From: Felis catus
Taxonomy: Eukaryota
Reading direction: 5' to 3'
Assembly (NCBI RefSeq): GCF_018350175.1
Contig: NC_058368.1
Coordinates: forward strand, 106,456,001-106,520,000
DNA length: 64,000 nt
Below the pieces are notes generated by a model. It worked only from the letters and a program-made list of their open reading frames with translations, had not been told where the DNA came from and made no database searches. A program made the position numbers and the translations under genes. This document shows, one piece after another, positions 62,830 to 64,000 of the stretch (position 1 is its first letter; the number at the start of each line of letters is the position of its first letter).

Positions 62830-64000
62830 TGAAATACATACTTCCTCTTAGCTGACCACCTTGTTTCCAACTTGGCACTATTGTCCTTTCTTTTCTCAGA
62901 CCATCTAGCCAAACCCTTTTCCTCTGCTTTGGAATGCACAGATACTCTTCTCTCAAGTTTCTTCTCTCTTTCCATGTAAACCGAGAGACAACAGGCACCT
63001 AAGTTCTGCCCACATATACATGGTCTTTGAGCACCACCGTTGAGTGGGCTGTAAGGTAGCGGCAGTCTGTGTTCATCAGCACCAACAGAGAGAGTTGATG
63101 TGTCCTTGAATCAGCCTGGTGTTTTCTCTTTCTCTGTTCAACTGGTCATTAGGAACCTCCTCGTGCCCACTGCTATGAGATCATTGGTACAAAAGAGGTA
63201 GATGACATGGGGGAGGGAGGTCTGAGATAACTCTTCCTATAATTTACTTATGTCCTCAGGACATTCTAGGACCTCATCCCAAATGTACCACTCCCGTCAT
63301 ACAATGGATGGCTGCTGTGCCCACCTAAGATGATAAACTTGGTAGATTGGATAGCATATAGCTCACAATAGGTGGCTGTGGTGTCTAGGCCTTTGGTATC
63401 TCAGGATCAGACTCTCATTCCCTACCAGAGTCCCGTAGCATGCCAGAAATGGTTTTCTAAAGGGAGAGCCATGTCTGTGCACAAGTCCTATCGTGGCATG
63501 CCAGAGACTCGGTATTACATTTTATGTATCCCAGGTATGTCTAGCCCCATGGCAATTGCTGGGTCATGTGGCCCAAGCCACCTCCCATTTGATTCCGCAG
63601 AGCCTGTTGTTGCTCTCCTCTTCTCTTAAATCTTGAAATAAAAATAGATGGGAGTAGTTTTCTCAAGTAGTATACACTGCCTCCAAAACCTGAAGCAGAC
63701 TGCCAAGCTCTGTGCCTCTTAGTGATACACAGTGTGAAGTGCTGTTGACCTTGTTGGGGATGTCACAATATAACCAAGAACTTGAACTTAGTGGGTCTGC
63801 AGCTGTCTCTGTTTTACCCAGAATGCTGTATTGTTGTGATTAACTGTCTCAGTCAGAGGTGACTGCTTCTGAGGCCTCCACCTGGAATATCGTACTATAA
63901 TAGCTCTCATTCTGCGGGGCAAAGAGCCTATGTGTGGATTCTGCCAGCTCCCGAATATGTCCGTTGTGATTAGGTATTCACAAAATGACCACCAGGTGAC
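62830..64000 (-). mobile_element. Degraded ERV-L/MaLR internal sequence (protease end, RT connection, RNase H)
   Basis: Minus-strand translations ITTDIFGSWQNPHIGSL (~63920-63970), EAQSLAVCFRFWRQ (~63675-63717), LGPHDPAIAMGL (~63540-63578), TAATLQP (~63045-63068), GLARWS (~62895-62915) match ERV-L pol motifs in order. Confidence 0.75.

Noticed and set aside
1..64000. CRISPR arrays, operons, prokaryotic defence systems, rRNA
   Set aside because: Sequence is mammalian; no regularly spaced repeat-spacer array or gene-dense region is present

Overview
Repeat-rich mammalian genomic DNA, almost certainly felid: it carries about 30 feliform-type CAN-SINEs and cat-like LINE-1. I could not identify any host protein-coding exon with confidence, so the window looks intronic or intergenic. 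The main element is a young full-length (~6.0 kb) minus-strand LINE-1 at 13448-19467. It has a TSD, a CpG-rich 5'UTR, an intact ORF1, and an ORF2 broken by three stops and one frameshift. A second young L1 (7449-11154) is TSD-flanked and keeps its first ~43 nt, but lacks ~2.25 kb internally. Both sit inside a much older L1. Degraded class III (ERV-L/MaLR) pol remnants lie at both ends of the window, along with MLT1 LTRs, L2/MIR relics and microsatellites. I found no convincing new biological system. The most interesting signals are retrotransposition structures (short 3' transductions, the internally deleted L1, two ORF2 lesions shared between the copies, a twin-priming inversion), an antisense ORF in the L1 5'UTR, two CpG-retaining patches and a few weak exon candidates. 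Family assignments rest on motif recognition from memory, not database searches.
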